A stretch of 53,224 bases of DNA from Nemertoderma westbladi (lineage: Eukaryota > Animalia > Xenacoelomorpha): contig JAUCBJ010000638.1 in NCBI GenBank assembly GCA_032718475.1, positions 1-53,224 of the forward strand. The letters run 5' to 3'. The notes beneath the pieces are model-generated. The model was not told the origin of the DNA. It worked only from the letters and a program-made list of their open reading frames with translations, and searched no databases. This document shows positions 50,320-53,224 of the stretch, piece by piece; within the stretch, counting starts at the first letter, position 1; each line of letters begins with the position of its first letter. Both the position numbers and the translations under genes were made by a program.

Positions 50320-51448
50320 AGTTGGATTTATAATTGGAACTGGATTTGTTTTTCTTGCTTCTATGCTTCTCTACATTGCGTGCAAGTGCTGTCGTCCTCG
50401 GTGCCAGAGCAGACACCTCAATGGTCCAAATATAAGGGAAGGGAGACTCATAGACCAACCCGAATGTCTGAATGCAACTGATGGGAGACTCAACACACAA
50501 TGCAACTTGGATCAACCTTTGAACGAGGACCCTTTCTGCCACCCTATGTGTAATACAGTGAGCCCACTTTCTCCTTATAACCCTGCGGTAACATTAGACA
50601 GAGTCTATAAGGGAAAGAAAATCGGACGTTTTTCTGAGAAAGCACTGATAGACCGGGAAAACCTTTTGACACCTGAGTTAGGCATTCGATTTCCAAGAGT
50701 TCAACATTCTACAACACCCGAATTAGGCAGAAATGTTAGACAATGTAAGACACCGGAATTAGGCAGATATGTTAGACAAAGTAAGACACCGGAATTAGGC
50801 AGAAGATCCCCAAATAGAGATTATACAACATACAAATCTGGCAATAAGAGTGTTAGACATTGTACAACACCCGAGTTAGAAAGTAGGGGTAGAAGTCATT
50901 TGCCAGCATCTGATATCGACAGTTGTGGGGGAGTTAAGAAATCTACAACACCTGAGTTCGGTAGTCGGGATGTTAGAAATGCGACTACAACACGAAGTAG
51001 TAGCACACAGACTGAGATATTCATTATAATGCCAACCTCAGATGAGGAATCCTCAGCCAATGAGTTGCCACATTTAAATAGTTTTCGTTCAACTCCCCGT
51101 GCTGCGCACCGTAGAGCGAATTGCACTCAGACTGAAACAACTGCACAGAAAGCAGAAGTACCTCGCAGTCCACGGTACAACAACAGGAGGCCAGTATCGA
51201 GATCAGTAACACCGAGTAACCGGTACCTCTCTCCTCCGACTCCGGTTTCGCCGAACCTATCTGCATGCAATCACACACCCACGCCTGACTTGCGTCTACC
51301 GGTACTGCAGCAATGTCAGTGCTCAGCTTTTCCTAACCGCTGCCTTGTCTGCCAGTGCACACCGGTAACTCCACCCCCAAGACAGCCCATCAGATATGGG
51401 AATAACCAATCACCGAACTCAAACAACAACTGCACAACATCAGTATAA
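50320..51448 (+). CDS. Terminal exon: transmembrane helix + Cys cluster + long S/T/P/R-rich tail with TPELG repeats
   Basis: TTTTTACAG acceptor at 50319; in frame with ORF 50363: VGFIIGTGFVFLASMLLYIA-CKCCRPRC; 376 codons including the stop in otherwise AT-rich DNA. Confidence 0.7.
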
Positions 51449-53224
51449 CTTTTGTATCTGCTGTATTTATTGACATAATGTCGTTTCATAATGTTTAATG
51501 TTTGATAAATTGTTTTAAAGTCAATGTATAGACATGATTATTTAAAATATATTTTTTATTTGTTCAATTAAATATTACTTGTTAAAATTAATCGAAACAG
51601 GTATTGACTCATAAGCGTACGGGAACCATTTCCACCGGGGGGGGGGGGGGGGGGGGGCACGGGCCAACCCCCCCCCCCCTTGTCAATCACCCCCCAAGGA
51701 AAATAAAATATAATATTTATATAAAATTTTAATATTAATAATATTTATAAAATTGTATAATTCGCGGGCAGTGCGATGTCGCGTGGTGGCCACAATAATA
51801 TTAAGTTACTCAAAATATTCACATATTTTAGTGGAATTTATACAACTTTACTTCTCATTTAGCGGTTTATTTTATTTATAGTTACTGTTACTAGTGATAA
51901 TTGAACAGTAACGTATCTAAGTTTCGGTCAAGCAGTAGGATTAACCATGAGTGTTACAATGGCAAAAGTATAGTAGGCCTACACATACTGTACTATAGTA
52001 GTGCCACATGAGAGTAGATAATAAATGGAGGAGGGGGGAGGGGGTATAGGAAGGCATTAGAATTTGAGAGGAAATTGTGGATGTTAAAATAGTTCTTAAA
52101 GCGGAATATTGAATATAAGTGAATGTAGATAACAAGGAAGAAAATGCGATAGGAGCGAGCTGAATTTTTTTTAAACAATGTTGAGATTTGGCACATCTAA
52201 ATCAATCGGGGAACTGCCCTTCCCCAGAATCAGAATCAGACAGAGTTTGAATGCATCAAATAACCGCCAAACTTCTCTCAGTAATTAATTGAACAATTAT
52301 TATTGTATATTCCTATCATCCTTTCCTTTAGGTAATCACATATTCCTTTGCCTATAGAGACCAGTACTACTACAGTACTATATCCATGCTGGGCACTAAC
52401 TGTTGAGCTGAGTACTCTAAGTCTCTTGATGTCACATACACGCGAATGCTAAACCACGTTCGTAGCGACATTACAATAATAGAGACATGACATTCCGAGA
52501 TAATACGATTAAAAACATTCTCTGATACTCGATTAATAAAAACTACAATATTCGGAGGCCACACCGCACCTAACCGACAACACCTGTGACAGTGACAGTG
52601 AGTGAATCTGGCAGTATCCCACATTCACAGTCGTTGCTAATATCGGGATTACATGGTTGAGTTTGAACACAGTAAATAGTTTAATTTAGTTTATATATAT
52701 GGTTCCAGAGTGCGATATTAAATATTGTTGAGGTGCTTTATGGTTTGCGGTTGTTCTCTTTTACTTTATCAATCTAATCATTGTAATAAATAATGCAAAT
52801 CTGGAAGACATAAGTTATTCCAGTGTGTGTTTAAAGACGAACCAAGATCATCAAGATTCGTCAAATGCTCAGTTCGAGTTTCCTGTGACATTAAACATCT
52901 ACATGGCCGGAATATATCGATCTTTTAGACAGGGAAAGACTCTTTCCATCCACATACGAAGTGTTTAATTGTCAGCAAAATGAAGATAAATGCCCCCCCC
53001 CCCCCCCCCCCCCTTTCTAGCGGGAGAATTCCCCAGAGAAACTCAAATAGATCAGGGAAACATCACTGTGGAAATAATTGGCATCATGCTGAAATTGAAT
53101 TGCATCATGATTTTTAGGTCCTCCAACAATACGAGGAGGAGGAAGGCTTTGTTGCGACACTGAATCGATGAAACAACAAGGATTCTAACTATTTACCTGA
53201 GGTTGCAACTTGCAGATATTGCAT

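Noticed and set aside
52370-53224. Possible exons or TE coding remnants at the right edge
   Set aside because: Short frames with no recognisable motif or consistent splice phases.

Overview
AT-rich eukaryotic, most likely invertebrate animal, genomic DNA made of a few host genes and deeply nested transposable elements; nothing prokaryotic and no CRISPR. Host genes: an intronless unorthodox aquaporin (AQP11/12-like, 2648-3439, minus strand); a long-type ABCC/MRP transporter with only three coding exons (35318 to 28951, about 1591 aa); and an inferred two-exon orphan type-I membrane protein (41970-42100 + 50320-51448, 419 aa) that the ORF track only partly shows. Mobile DNA: a young 11.9-kb BEL/Pao LTR element (5355-17232, 1254-bp LTRs, TSD AACTC) with intact giant Gag, a multiply deleted pol and an unexplained non-Env 3' reading frame, inserted in one copy of a ~3-kb tandem duplication; a Mag-like Gypsy element (42182-46463, TSD GGCGG) whose RT is replaced by an inverted piece of its own LTR; many non-autonomous TIR elements, palindromes and minisatellites. 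The most unusual signal is at 38500-38905: two tandem units, 275 bp apart, in which a minimal type-I hammerhead ribozyme sits between the A box and B box of a tRNA-like Pol III cassette. All calls are by eye; no searches or folding programs were run.
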